A stretch of 64,000 nucleotides of DNA from Promethearchaeota archaeon (GTDB taxonomy: Archaea > Asgardarchaeota > Lokiarchaeia > Sigyniarchaeales > SOKP01). The position numbers were made by a program, and so were the translations under genes. Under the pieces are notes generated by a model that made no database searches, was not told where the DNA came from, and saw nothing but the letters and a program-made list of their open reading frames with translations. The stretch covers positions 21,777-85,776 of the forward strand of contig JBHLOC010000020.1 in NCBI GenBank assembly GCA_048940925.1, given 5' to 3'. This document shows, one piece after another, positions 49,554 through 60,121 of the stretch; within the stretch, counting starts at the first letter, position 1, and each line of letters opens with the position of its first letter.

Positions 49554-51557
49554 TCATTTTAAAGGTAATTCATTATACTCTTTTCTTATATTAGGAAATT
49601 TATCGAGATCATAATGTGGAAAATAAAGAGAAAGAGTATATTCCTTTTGAAATAGTGGTGATGATGCTATTTCACGATATCTTATCTTATGGGCGATTTT
49701 ATTCGCTAGAGTTCTCTGCTCAATATCTCTTATAAATAATTGTGCCCCAACTCCTGCTGAATTCCCTATTTGGAAAATGCTCTCTTGATTAACTTCAGGG
49801 AATAAACCAATAAAAGCAGCATTTTCTTTATTAATGTAAGTTCCAAAACCTCCTGCTAAGAGAATTTGTTCCAGATCATTTTGTCTTTTATTTTCCATTT
49901 TAAGTAATAAATTAGCTGCAGATAAGAATGCTCCTTTTGCTAATTGAAGTTGGTTAATATCCTTTTGGGAAATTGTAATTTCGTCGATATTATTTTTAGT
50001 ACTTATTTGAGAGATTCCATTATCCCATTCTTTATTAAATATAATGTAATGGTAACCATCTTCTTTTTTCACTACTCTTCGGTGATTGATTACCTCTAAT
50101 GATTTACTATTGAATTTTCCCGCACGAGTAATAATCTTTGATTTCAGCATTTCGGCTACAATATCAATAAGTCCCGAACCACACAATCCAAGTGGGTTTC
50201 TGTTTCCTATTACACGTATAGAAGGTTCTAATGTTTCTTTCTCTATTTTAACTGATTCTATTGCACCTTCACAAGCTCGCATACCATGTGAAATATGAGC
50301 ACCTTCTAAAGCTGAACCTGCAGCGCATGAGCCCGCAACAAGACCTTCATTATTTCCCAATACAAGTTCTCCATTAGTCCCAATATCAATTAGTAGAGAA
50401 TATTTTTTGAAGGAATTGATTTTAGATGATATAATACATCCAATTGTGTCTGTTCCTACATAACCTGCAACCACAGGAGGAGAATATATATTTACATTTG
50501 GATTGCATTTTATACCAAGATTATCGGCGCTTAAATTGATTGGGGCTTTAAATACAGGGGTGTAAGGTGAAACAGCTAAAAATTCAGAGGGTAACCCAAA
50601 AAACATGTGATGCATTGCAGTATTACCTACAATAGAAATGTCTCTAACCTCTGAAATAGATATATTTGCCTTATTACAACATTCCTCGAGTAAATTATTA
50701 ACTGCATTAACTAATAATTCTTTAGCTTTATCTAATGCATTATTTTTTACAATATATGTAATTCTTGAAATAATATCCTCACCAATTGAAACCTGAGGAT
50801 TTAGCATGGCAGATATAGCTGCAATTTCACCTGTTGTTAAATAAAGAAGATATCCAACAATAGTAGTAGTTCCTATATCAACTGCTAAGCCAAACATCTT
50901 GTCAGTAACATTCCCAGCATCAATATCATAGAGAACCCATGATTCTTCCAATGAGTGCTTTCTGAAAAATGCAGTTATTTTACCATTTTGTTTTCTGATA
51001 ATTTGAGGTAGCCTTTTTATTACTTTATAAAGAGAATCATTTAAATATGCTAATGTGCGACTTTTAAATATTTCAAAGTTATCTCTTTTTTCTATTATAG
51101 CATCTCTTAAACGAGATAAATCGTCCCTTGGATTGGTTAAATCTGCATCCTGGAGTTCATATGTTTGGGAAGCTATAACTGGCTGAATTTTGCTTATGTC
51201 CTTTATTCCAAGGGATTCTAAATCTGCCTCGACTAGAATAATAGGTGATTTTAAAATTAATGAATCAGTAAGATATGTTCTTACATCTCCTAAAATCCTT
51301 GTTTGACATGCCAACCTGTAGCCTTCTATTATTTTTTCATTGCCTAAAGTTTTAATTTCTTTTTCTGTTGGTTCTGAAATTTTAGGATTAGAATCTAAAA
51401 TTTGAATGATACACTTTCCACATGTCCCTTTACCTCCACAAAATGCACCTATTGGAAAATTTAGTGCTAAAATTGCTTCATAAACTGATAAATTTTTATC
51501 CACACTTAATCGTTTTGAAATTGGCTCTAAAATGAGAGTACATCTTTTTTTCTCTAT
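49554..51557 (-). CDS. RACo/RamA-like ASKHA corrinoid reactivating ATPase with N-terminal 2Fe-2S domain, probable ATA start
   Basis: CGGKGTCGKC, RLACQ, DIGTTT, DIGTNGE, GLCGSG, LAGGFG. Frame extends 18 codons upstream of the track GTG to an ATA after GGGGTG. Confidence 0.88.
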   Translation of the reverse strand: MEKKRCTLILEPISKRLSVDKNLSVYEAILALNFPIGAFCGGKGTCGKCIIQILDSNPKISEPTEKEIKTLGNEKIIEGYRLACQTRILGDVRTYLTDSLILKSPIILVEADLESLGIKDISKIQPVIASQTYELQDADLTNPRDDLSRLRDAIIEKRDNFEIFKSRTLAYLNDSLYKVIKRLPQIIRKQNGKITAFFRKHSLEESWVLYDIDAGNVTDKMFGLAVDIGTTTIVGYLLYLTTGEIAAISAMLNPQVSIGEDIISRITYIVKNNALDKAKELLVNAVNNLLEECCNKANISISEVRDISIVGNTAMHHMFFGLPSEFLAVSPYTPVFKAPINLSADNLGIKCNPNVNIYSPPVVAGYVGTDTIGCIISSKINSFKKYSLLIDIGTNGELVLGNNEGLVAGSCAAGSALEGAHISHGMRACEGAIESVKIEKETLEPSIRVIGNRNPLGLCGSGLIDIVAEMLKSKIITRAGKFNSKSLEVINHRRVVKKEDGYHYIIFNKEWDNGISQISTKNNIDEITISQKDINQLQLAKGAFLSAANLLLKMENKRQNDLEQILLAGGFGTYINKENAAFIGLFPEVNQESIFQIGNSAGVGAQLFIRDIEQRTLANKIAHKIRYREIASSPLFQKEYTLSLYFPHYDLDKFPNIRKEYNELPLK

Positions 51558-51660
51558 GTTAATGCACCCCGTGGATTGACATCTCTTCTCAATTTAGATA
51601 CATTTTCATTTTTAAAATAATTAAAAAAACTAATAAAAATAAGACATATATAAAATTATT

Positions 51661-52323
51661 CTAACTTCTTAACCACTCTTCGATAATATCAACACCTTTT
51701 AAAGCATCTATGGCATAAGCATCTGCATTGGTTTCTTCTGCGATTTCTGGTGTTACAGCAGCACCCCCTAAAATCACTTTTACTTTATTTTTTAATTCTT
51801 CCTTTTTTAATAAATACATTACTTCTTTAATTCTGGGTTCTGCTGAAGAAAGAAGAAAAGATATGCCAATAACTTTAACATCTGGTAAATAAGCAAATTC
51901 TTCAAATTTTTTAGGTTCTACATCTACACCAAGATCGATAACATCCATACCATACGATTTCATTATAATACTTGCAATATTTTTACCCAAACTATGAATA
52001 TCTCCTTTTATAGTCCCAATAACGACTTTTCCAGAGTAATTCTGAGATTTAGCAACCTTTTTCTGCGTATTTTCATCAGGAGATATGATCTCTCCTTCTA
52101 GAGCTTCTGCTGCTAATATCAGTCCCATTTCTCCTGATTCTTCTAATCCAATTAAAACACCTTTTTTAATTATATCAACTATAGAGACACCCATGTCTAT
52201 AGCTTCCTTTATTGCTTCTTTCATTGAAAAAAAATCAAGAATATTAACTGCTTCTATAATATTATTAATATAAAATTCATCACTTCTCGTTTTACTTTCA
52301 TATTCTAGGCTTATGTTTTTCAT
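51661..52323 (-). CDS. Methyltransferase-type corrinoid protein (MtaC-like)
   Basis: GDIHSLGKNI, DLGVDV, LGGA, YAIDA. Confidence 0.88.
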   Translation of the reverse strand: MKNISLEYESKTRSDEFYINNIIEAVNILDFFSMKEAIKEAIDMGVSIVDIIKKGVLIGLEESGEMGLILAAEALEGEIISPDENTQKKVAKSQNYSGKVVIGTIKGDIHSLGKNIASIIMKSYGMDVIDLGVDVEPKKFEEFAYLPDVKVIGISFLLSSAEPRIKEVMYLLKKEELKNKVKVILGGAAVTPEIAEETNADAYAIDALKGVDIIEEWLRS

Positions 52324-52364
52324 TGTATAGGCTTACCTCTCATAATTTCTTATGCTATATTTAA

Positions 52365-53150
52365 TTAAACTATTAAAACAATACCATGCCAAACAACGAA
52401 TGGTACTGATTCTTGGGGATGTTCAGGATTAATTACATATGGTGCCTTTTCACCAACTTTAACTGCTGTAGCAAAACTATCCACTCCGCATGCTTCTAAT
52501 GCTGGTCGAGCTCTTAAATATTGCCGACACATTTGATTATCGAGAACAGGGCATACTGGTATCTTTTTTTGTTGCATTAATTCTTTAAAATATTCTGGAG
52601 AAAAAAGTCCGCAACCAACACAGGGTCCGCCTTTAAATCCCATAGCAAGGTAATATCCCATATATGTTGCTTCTGCTTCTATCATTGAGACCATTTGATT
52701 TAATAAAAGTACATCTCCTTGAACACCTAAAAGAATGCTAGGAAAAACATGATTTTTTATAGGTGGATAAAATGAGATGAAAATTGCATGTTTATAACTA
52801 TTTACAATTTCTGTCATCTCTTCAGCAGTTGGAGAATGTGGAGGACAATTTAAACTCGTACCGTAACCAAAACATATAGGTATTTGACATTTCCACCGTA
52901 CACGTGGATCTATTACAATTTTATCTGTTGTTATTAATTTTGCATGACCACTAGCTTTAATTTTTGATTTTGTAATAACATGATTAATAATTTCATTAGC
53001 TTTATCAAGGAGCTCATTAATAACTTTTTCATCATGCTCAAATTTTATTGGAGAAGGTGGTCTCTCTTGTGTTTTTGGTAATAATCTCCGCCATCTGAAG
53101 GATATTTTAGACCATTCTTTCTCAATTTCAGGAATTTGTTTCTGCGACAT
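52365..53150 (-). CDS. DUF2284-like metal-binding protein
   Basis: DPRVRWKC...YG...CPPH, GPCVGC, RPALEACGVD. Confidence 0.78.
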   Translation of the reverse strand: MSQKQIPEIEKEWSKISFRWRRLLPKTQERPPSPIKFEHDEKVINELLDKANEIINHVITKSKIKASGHAKLITTDKIVIDPRVRWKCQIPICFGYGTSLNCPPHSPTAEEMTEIVNSYKHAIFISFYPPIKNHVFPSILLGVQGDVLLLNQMVSMIEAEATYMGYYLAMGFKGGPCVGCGLFSPEYFKELMQQKKIPVCPVLDNQMCRQYLRARPALEACGVDSFATAVKVGEKAPYVINPEHPQESVPFVVWHGIVLIV

Positions 53151-53383
53151 AAGATTTTCAACTTATTCAGTTCTTTATTTACTTAAATATTCATCTATTT
53201 ATTAAAAAAAAATTTTTATTTACTGTAGTAAAATATAAACTACGTAATAAAAATCTTAAGTAATTATATACTTTTGATTATTTATAAAGCTAGTCAATTT
53301 TTCACTATCCTAAAATTAAATTCAGGTAGTAAATAATCTATTATTCCCTCAAGGCTAAAAATCAAATATAAAGCTTTATTATT

Positions 53384-54166
53384 TTATGAAATCCAATCTT
53401 TAATTGCTACTTTAACTGATCGACGCATTTCTTTAGAAAAATCTGCTACTAACTTTCCGAAATAGAACTTTTGTCCTAGATTCTTAGCTTGGTTTACATT
53501 GAATCTTCTCTTTACATTTTGAAACATTGCGATAAAGTCTTGCTTAGATAGTCGGTGGTATTTATTGACAAAATGTATAAACTTTTGAGAAAATCGTGGA
53601 GTCAACGGTAATTTTTCTTTATTCCCTTTTGGATATCCAAAACAGAGCATTGCTATAGGAAATACCCATCGAGTGAGATTCAACATTTCACGAAGGATTT
53701 CAATATTCTCCATAATATCAGCAATATAACACGATCCGATACCTAAAGCCTCAGCTGTTATAACAGCATTTTGTGCGGCAATTAATGCGTCACAACAAGC
53801 AAGTAACAAATCAGCTTCTTGAGGGGTCTCAAATTTTTCATTAAGCTCATGACAAATTTCTTTTGTTTTACAAATTTTAAAATAATCCCACCATCGTTGC
53901 ATATCCGCAAGAAAAATCAACACTAAAGGTGCTTTAGATATATGGGGCTGATTATCACATAATATTGCTAATTTGTCTTTCTTAGTTTGATCACTTACTT
54001 GAATAATTGAATAAAACATCATATTACCAGCAGTAGGAGCTCTCATTGCTCCGTGTATAATCGTATTAATTTCTTCTTGTGTAAGTGATTTTGGATTATA
54101 GGCTCGAATTGTTCTTCTATTATTAATTAATTCTATCGTTTCATTATACTGATTAGAATTGCTCAT
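53384..54166 (-). CDS. Nitroreductase (NfrA-like flavin reductase)
   Basis: RRTIRAY, APTAGN, DALIAAQN, LGIGSCYI, FGYP. Confidence 0.85.
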   Translation of the reverse strand: MSNSNQYNETIELINNRRTIRAYNPKSLTQEEINTIIHGAMRAPTAGNMMFYSIIQVSDQTKKDKLAILCDNQPHISKAPLVLIFLADMQRWWDYFKICKTKEICHELNEKFETPQEADLLLACCDALIAAQNAVITAEALGIGSCYIADIMENIEILREMLNLTRWVFPIAMLCFGYPKGNKEKLPLTPRFSQKFIHFVNKYHRLSKQDFIAMFQNVKRRFNVNQAKNLGQKFYFGKLVADFSKEMRRSVKVAIKDWIS

Positions 54167-54361
54167 TCAAACACACCATTTACTCTTATTATTATTAAAT
54201 ATTTCAAATAGTTTTTTCCTACCGCTTCCTCAAAAGATTCAGCGAAAATTTTATTCATTAGATATAAAAGATTTAAGATCTTATAAAAATTCAATCTTTC
54301 AATAATCCTCATTAGTTGGGATTTATTAAAGATCTAAATAAAAACCTATAAAAAAATTATT

Positions 54362-54973
54362 ATGTACATCCTTTGTTTTGATTTAGAAGGAGTTTTTACT
54401 CCTGAAGTATGGATTGCGGTAAGTAATTCTACTGGAATTGAGGAACTTAAATTAACTACTAGAGATATCTCTAATTATGATGCTCTTATGAAAAATCGAA
54501 TCGAAATATTAAAAAATAATAAAGTTACACTAAAAGATATTCAAGAAATTATCTCAAATATGGATCTATTGTCAGGCGCAAAAGAATTTCTAGATTATAT
54601 TCGACCTATTGCTCAATTAGTTATAGTTACCGATAGCTTTATCGAATTTGTTATGCCATTTATGAAAAAATTAGGTTTTCCAATTTGTTTTTGTCATAAT
54701 CTTGTAATTAATAAAGAAGGAATGATTTCTAATTATCAAATTCGTATTAAAGAAATGAAGAAGCTAACAGTTTTAGCTCTTAAAAGTCTTAACTATGACG
54801 TAATTGCAGCAGGTGATTCATACAACGATATATCAATGTTATTAGAAGCAAAATATGGCATACTATTCAGACCACCTAAAAATGTAAGTGATGAATTTCC
54901 GCAATTTCCTGTAGTCAATGAATATTCTGAATTAAAAAAAATGATTACTAATTATTTAGGCTTGTCTGATTAG
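54362..54973 (+). CDS. thrH: Phosphoserine phosphatase / homoserine phosphotransferase
   Basis: CFDLEGVFTPEVWI, LTTRD, AAGDSYNDISML, GILFRPP. Confidence 0.9.
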   Translation: MYILCFDLEGVFTPEVWIAVSNSTGIEELKLTTRDISNYDALMKNRIEILKNNKVTLKDIQEIISNMDLLSGAKEFLDYIRPIAQLVIVTDSFIEFVMPFMKKLGFPICFCHNLVINKEGMISNYQIRIKEMKKLTVLALKSLNYDVIAAGDSYNDISMLLEAKYGILFRPPKNVSDEFPQFPVVNEYSELKKMITNYLGLSD

Positions 54974-54988
54974 ATTATAATTAGAGTT

Positions 54989-56347
54989 TTAATTACTAAA
55001 TTCTTTTAATAAAAAATCCTTAAAGTCTTGGTAATTTCTAATGTCAATCAGATTAGGAAACTCTTTTTTTTCCCAAATCATTTTCAGTGAATTTGGCATA
55101 TCTGGAGTAATTTTAATTAGTGATATTATTTCATCCGGAAATTTTGATGGGTGTGCAGTCTCAAATGTTATTGATTTGATATTTTTATTCTCTGGATAAT
55201 TATTACGATAAATCTTAAGAGCAGCCCATCCTACAGCTCCATGTGGTTCAATAATTTTTCTCTGTTTTTCATAAAAATTAACAATATTATCTTTAGTGAC
55301 TTCATCAGTTATAGAATATGAAACGATATCTTTTCGAAGTTGTTCCATATTTGGTATTTTATAAACATTTCCGCTTTGGTCTATTTGACCTCCATAAAGA
55401 TCAAATATTCTCGCTAAATTTGAAGGATGTCCAACATTCATGGCGTTAGATATGCACATTTTTGATGGTTCCACCTTTTTATAAACTCCCGTTTCTAAAA
55501 ATGTTGGAAATTCGTCATTTTCATTAACTGCTGAAATAAAACACTTTATAGGAAGTCCCATTTTTTTAGCAATCAAACCTCCAGTAAGATTCCCAAAATT
55601 GCCTGAAGGGACAGAAAATAGTACTTCTTCTCCCTTCTCTTCAACAATACGAGAATAACTCCAAAAATAATAAAGTGCTTGAGGTAATAATCGTCCAAAA
55701 TTTATAGAATTTGCAGAAGATAAATAGAGATTTTTCAATTCTTTATCTGCAAAAGCAGTTTTTACTAAGGTTTGACAATCATCAAATTTGCCATTTATTC
55801 CAATAGCTATTACATTTCGCCCTAATGTTGTCATCTGTTTTCTTTGTAAATCACTTATTTCATCTTTAGGGTATAAGACCACAACTTTAATTCTAGGCAT
55901 ATCGTAAAAAGCATGAGCAACAGCACCGCCTGTATCCCCTGAAGTTGCTGTTAATATAATTAAACTTCTATTTTCTATTTCAAGAAAATAATCCATTATT
56001 CTAGCAAGCATTCTTGCGCCAAAATCTTTGAAACTACACGTAGGACCTCGATCCAAATAACAAATGTAATCATTATTTACAATCCTTTCAATAGGAATAC
56101 TAAAATTTAGGGCGTTATCTATGATTTGTTTTAGTTTTTCTCCAGGTATATCATTTCCAATGAATTTTGAAATTAAAATTAAGGAGATTTTTTTAAAATC
56201 CATATTTTTAAAAGAATTTAGAGTCTCTTCTGTTATTTTTGGGATTTCATTTAACATATATAATCCATGATCTAAAGCTTGACCTTGTAAAATTGCAGTT
56301 TTGAAATCTACTTCTTCTGAACTATAATTTGTAGAGTGAAATTTCAT
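54989..56347 (-). CDS. thrC: Threonine synthase
   Basis: GPTCSFKDFG, ATSGDTG, SANSINFGRL, VPSGNFGN, TAHPSKF. Confidence 0.93.
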   Translation of the reverse strand: MKFHSTNYSSEEVDFKTAILQGQALDHGLYMLNEIPKITEETLNSFKNMDFKKISLILISKFIGNDIPGEKLKQIIDNALNFSIPIERIVNNDYICYLDRGPTCSFKDFGARMLARIMDYFLEIENRSLIILTATSGDTGGAVAHAFYDMPRIKVVVLYPKDEISDLQRKQMTTLGRNVIAIGINGKFDDCQTLVKTAFADKELKNLYLSSANSINFGRLLPQALYYFWSYSRIVEEKGEEVLFSVPSGNFGNLTGGLIAKKMGLPIKCFISAVNENDEFPTFLETGVYKKVEPSKMCISNAMNVGHPSNLARIFDLYGGQIDQSGNVYKIPNMEQLRKDIVSYSITDEVTKDNIVNFYEKQRKIIEPHGAVGWAALKIYRNNYPENKNIKSITFETAHPSKFPDEIISLIKITPDMPNSLKMIWEKKEFPNLIDIRNYQDFKDFLLKEFSN

Positions 56348-56375
56348 TTAACATGCTACATTTACTTAATTATTA

Positions 56376-57395
56376 TTAATTATTGCTTAATTTCGTTCTT
56401 TCTTTAATGATATCTAGGAAATCGTTAAAAATCGCAGACGCTGCTTCAAAACCTCCTGCCCCTTTTCCCATTAAAATTATAGATCCTGCATGCCTAGTCT
56501 GAAGTTTTATGAGATTTAATGTACCACTAATATTCAAAGGTGAATCATCCTTAACCAACCTTGGTTCTACAATTAATTCACTATCTTCCGCAATTGCTAG
56601 ATGTTTTATTACATACCCATCTGTTTTTGCTAATTCAAGAGCCTGTGGTGTAATTTTAGTAATCCCTTCAATTTTTACATCTTCAATTGTTTTTGACCAA
56701 TCAAGTAGTTCATTTGCAAGGATTACTAATTTCCCTGCCGTATCAAAACCATCAACATCTAAACTTGGATCTGCTTCCGCATAACCTAATTCCTGTGCTT
56801 CTTTTAATGCTACTTCAAAAGGAATTCCTTCAGTTGCCATTCGATTTAGAATATAGTTATTTGTTCCATTAAGTATTGCCTCAATACGAGTAATCTTATT
56901 CCCTACCAAATTTCTTTTTATAGATAAAGCAGGGACACAACTAGCAACTGTTGCTTCATATTTCACAAAGCAGTTCATTTTTTTAGCTAAATCTTTAATG
57001 CTTTTATAATGTAAAAAAAAGGGGGCTTTATTTGCCGAGATAACATCGATATTATTACTTAAAGCTTCAATAATATGTGTTAATGCGGGTTCTCCAGTTT
57101 TTGGATTTGTAGGAGTCGTTTCTATACAGAGATCTGTATCTAATTTAGAAATTGTATCTTTTGCTTGCATACCTTTTAACCAAAATTTGTTTTCTCTAAA
57201 ATTAGTACTCTCGATTAAAAGCTCTTCTAAATCTATTCCATTTTTATTAACTAATGCCCCATCGTGTTCGAAAATTGCAATTAATTTAAAATCACAATTA
57301 TAAATTTCTCTAAGAAGATTCTTTTTTTCTTTTAATAATTGTAAAAAACATGTCCCTACATTACCCTTACCGATTAAACAAATTTTTATTTCCAT
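56376..57395 (-). CDS. hom: Homoserine dehydrogenase
   Basis: GKGNVG, SANK, YEATV, LNGT, GYAEADPSLDVDG, GKGAG. Confidence 0.92.
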   Translation of the reverse strand: MEIKICLIGKGNVGTCFLQLLKEKKNLLREIYNCDFKLIAIFEHDGALVNKNGIDLEELLIESTNFRENKFWLKGMQAKDTISKLDTDLCIETTPTNPKTGEPALTHIIEALSNNIDVISANKAPFFLHYKSIKDLAKKMNCFVKYEATVASCVPALSIKRNLVGNKITRIEAILNGTNNYILNRMATEGIPFEVALKEAQELGYAEADPSLDVDGFDTAGKLVILANELLDWSKTIEDVKIEGITKITPQALELAKTDGYVIKHLAIAEDSELIVEPRLVKDDSPLNISGTLNLIKLQTRHAGSIILMGKGAGGFEAASAIFNDFLDIIKERTKLSNN

Positions 57396-57417
57396 ACCAA
57401 CACACAGCTTTACCTTA

Positions 57418-57909
57418 TTATGATCGTATCAAGAATAGATTTTTCTCTTTGCAAATTTTTTCAATTTCATGAATTAATTCGAATTTTGTCATAGATTCAG
57501 GGAATTCTACTTTCATTTTTACATTGCTTATTTCTTCAAACTCAGTAAATTTTGCTTGTAATTCTCGAATTTTAATATTTTTAGCATCTAAACGTTTAAT
57601 TGTGTCTGTTATATCTGTGTCGAAAACATGACCAGAGAGGATAAATGTAATCGTCTTATTTTTGGAATCTATAGAAATTCTAATGATTTCTATATCCTTT
57701 TTAATTAATTCTTTTTGAATATTATTAATTGAAACATCAATAAGCTCTTCACTTATATCAAACCAGACGGTTACAGGTATCATATTATTTATTTTTTTAT
57801 CGTGGTTGTGTAATATCCCATAAATATTTCCCCCATTTCGAGATATGGGCTTAATCATTTCTATTAAACTTCCCGGAATATCTGGTAATTTGGCTTCTAA
57901 ATATATCAT
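57418..57909 (-). CDS. Tandem ACT-domain protein (putative regulatory subunit of Hom)
   Basis: LPDIPGSL...GGNIYGILH, GHVFDT; adjacent to hom. Confidence 0.78.
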   Translation of the reverse strand: MIYLEAKLPDIPGSLIEMIKPISRNGGNIYGILHNHDKKINNMIPVTVWFDISEELIDVSINNIQKELIKKDIEIIRISIDSKNKTITFILSGHVFDTDITDTIKRLDAKNIKIRELQAKFTEFEEISNVKMKVEFPESMTKFELIHEIEKICKEKNLFLIRS

Positions 57910-58113
57910 TTTAAATATAACTTCTAATATACATCTAAAATTTATCTAATATTCGAGGTGATAAATCAAAAATTAACTCTTTTACGATTAGTTCATCAAT
58001 GTACACATTTTAATTTTACTACCATCAACGCAAAATTGAAAATTGGTAATATAAAGCATTAATTATTTTGGAGCTTGATTAAAAAAAAGTTAATAGAAAT
58101 AATAAAAAAAAAA

Positions 58114-59859
58114 TTATTGATAATTATTTATATCTTCTAACACTTTCGAGACAAAATCTTTCACAGTAACGCCTAGTTCCACTTTTCCATTTCGATTTCT
58201 TACAGCAATGGTTTCTGATTCGAGTTCTTTATCTCCTACTGATATCATATAAGGGATTTTTTGTATTTGAGCATTTCTTATTTTATATTCTATTCTTTTC
58301 GAAGTTAAATCAACATCAGCCCTGATTTTTTTTTCAAGTAATTTATCCTTTATTTTATTTGCATATTCAAGGTTCCTATCGATAATAGGAATTATAACAG
58401 CTTGAATTGGACTTAACCAGATTGGTAATTTCCCTGCATAATGTTCAATTAAAATAGCCAAAAATCTGTCTACTGCTCCATATATAACCCGATGTATCAT
58501 CACTGGCACTTTTTTATCACCATCCTCGCCTATATAAGTAATACCAAACCTTTTTGGAAGATTAAAATCCACTTGAATGGTTGCTAGTTGCCACATACGC
58601 CCTATTGCATCTTTCACATCAACATCAATTTTAGGGCCATAAAACGCACCTTCTCCTTTTTTTATATTATATTTAATTTGTAGTTTTTCTAAAGCTTTAA
58701 TTAAAGAATTGGTGGCGTAATTCCAAATATTTTCGTTTCCTATTGCTTTAATAGGTTTGGTGCTTAAATTGTAGACCCATTCTTCAAATCCAAAAGTTTT
58801 ATAGAAAAAATCAATCATCTTTATTACATTTATTATCTCATCGACTAATTGGAGTGGCATCATGAAAATATGGGCATCATCTTGGGTAAATCCCCTAGCA
58901 CGTAATAATCCATGAAGTGCACCCGACATCTCATAACGATAAACAGTTCCATATTCAGCAAATCTTACGGGTAATTCTCTATAAGAATAAGATCTACGAT
59001 TGAATATCATCATATGACCCGGACAATTCATAGGTTTCACATACCATTTTTCTCCCTTAATCTCAATAGGAAACATATTTTCTGAGTAATATTGAACATG
59101 TCCACTATTAATCCATACTTGTTCTCTATACATATGTGGAGTTTTAATTATTTGATATCCCGCTTTTCTATGGTGTTCTCTCCAAAAATCTTCGAGTACC
59201 TCCCAGATTATAGTACCTTTTGGGTAATAGAGTGGCATTCCAGGACCATTTTCTTCAGCAGTACTAAATAAATCTAATTTAATTCCTAATTTTCTGTGAT
59301 CCCTTTTTTCAGCTTCAGCCTGTATTTGTAGATATGCTTTTAAATCTTTACTACTAAAGAAAGCAACTCCATATATTCTTTGTAGAAGATCACGTTTAGG
59401 ATTTCCCTTCCAAAAAACAGCTGAAGTGTTCAATAGCTTTATCGCTTTAATTTTTTCAGTAGAATGAATATGAGGTCCCTTGCAAAGATCTTTAAACCCA
59501 TTCTCTCCTAAAGAATAAAAAGTAACAATTTCATCATCAATGTCATTTAATATTTCGACTTTAAATTTGTTTTTTTGAACTTCTTTATAGTATTGGATCG
59601 CATCAGATTTTCTTAATTTTTCTTGTATGAATCGGATGTTTTGGTTAATAAATTCATGCATTTTGTCTTCAATTAGTCTTAAATCAAGTTCAGTAAATGG
59701 TTTTTCTATATGAAAATCATAATAAAAACCAACAGGATCGATAGCTGGACCAATAGTGGGTTTAGCATCTGAAAATAGTTCTAAAATAGAAGCAGCCATA
59801 ATGTGAGCAGCACTATGATTTAAAGTACGAAGATTATCGTTTGGCAAATCAACTAACAA
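58114..59859 (-). CDS. thrS: Threonyl-tRNA synthetase, bacterial type (editing domain present, TGS domain absent)
   Basis: HSAAH, GFYYDF, DLCKGPH, RDHRKLG, KPMNCPGH, FTQDDAH, GAFYGPKID. TTG 59859 follows GGGTGA (track start 59874). Confidence 0.95.
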   Translation of the reverse strand: MLVDLPNDNLRTLNHSAAHIMAASILELFSDAKPTIGPAIDPVGFYYDFHIEKPFTELDLRLIEDKMHEFINQNIRFIQEKLRKSDAIQYYKEVQKNKFKVEILNDIDDEIVTFYSLGENGFKDLCKGPHIHSTEKIKAIKLLNTSAVFWKGNPKRDLLQRIYGVAFFSSKDLKAYLQIQAEAEKRDHRKLGIKLDLFSTAEENGPGMPLYYPKGTIIWEVLEDFWREHHRKAGYQIIKTPHMYREQVWINSGHVQYYSENMFPIEIKGEKWYVKPMNCPGHMMIFNRRSYSYRELPVRFAEYGTVYRYEMSGALHGLLRARGFTQDDAHIFMMPLQLVDEIINVIKMIDFFYKTFGFEEWVYNLSTKPIKAIGNENIWNYATNSLIKALEKLQIKYNIKKGEGAFYGPKIDVDVKDAIGRMWQLATIQVDFNLPKRFGITYIGEDGDKKVPVMIHRVIYGAVDRFLAILIEHYAGKLPIWLSPIQAVIIPIIDRNLEYANKIKDKLLEKKIRADVDLTSKRIEYKIRNAQIQKIPYMISVGDKELESETIAVRNRNGKVELGVTVKDFVSKVLEDINNYQ

Positions 59860-60121
59860 CGATAAATCACCCAAACTAAGTAATTAAGAATTATGAGAGA
59901 AACTAAACAGCTATAATGAAATATTGGTAAAGAAAAAGACTTATCTCTTTGTTTCGTATTCACCTAGCATTTTGATCAAGTAATATTAATTCAAACTCTA
60001 TAAAAAATTTTCCTACTTGATTAAGTTAAAAATTTTATATTGACTCTAACTACTTTAAATGTGAAATAATTAAGTATTTTTTATTATTCAATTGGTTACT
60101 TTAACCAATAAATTTAATAAA

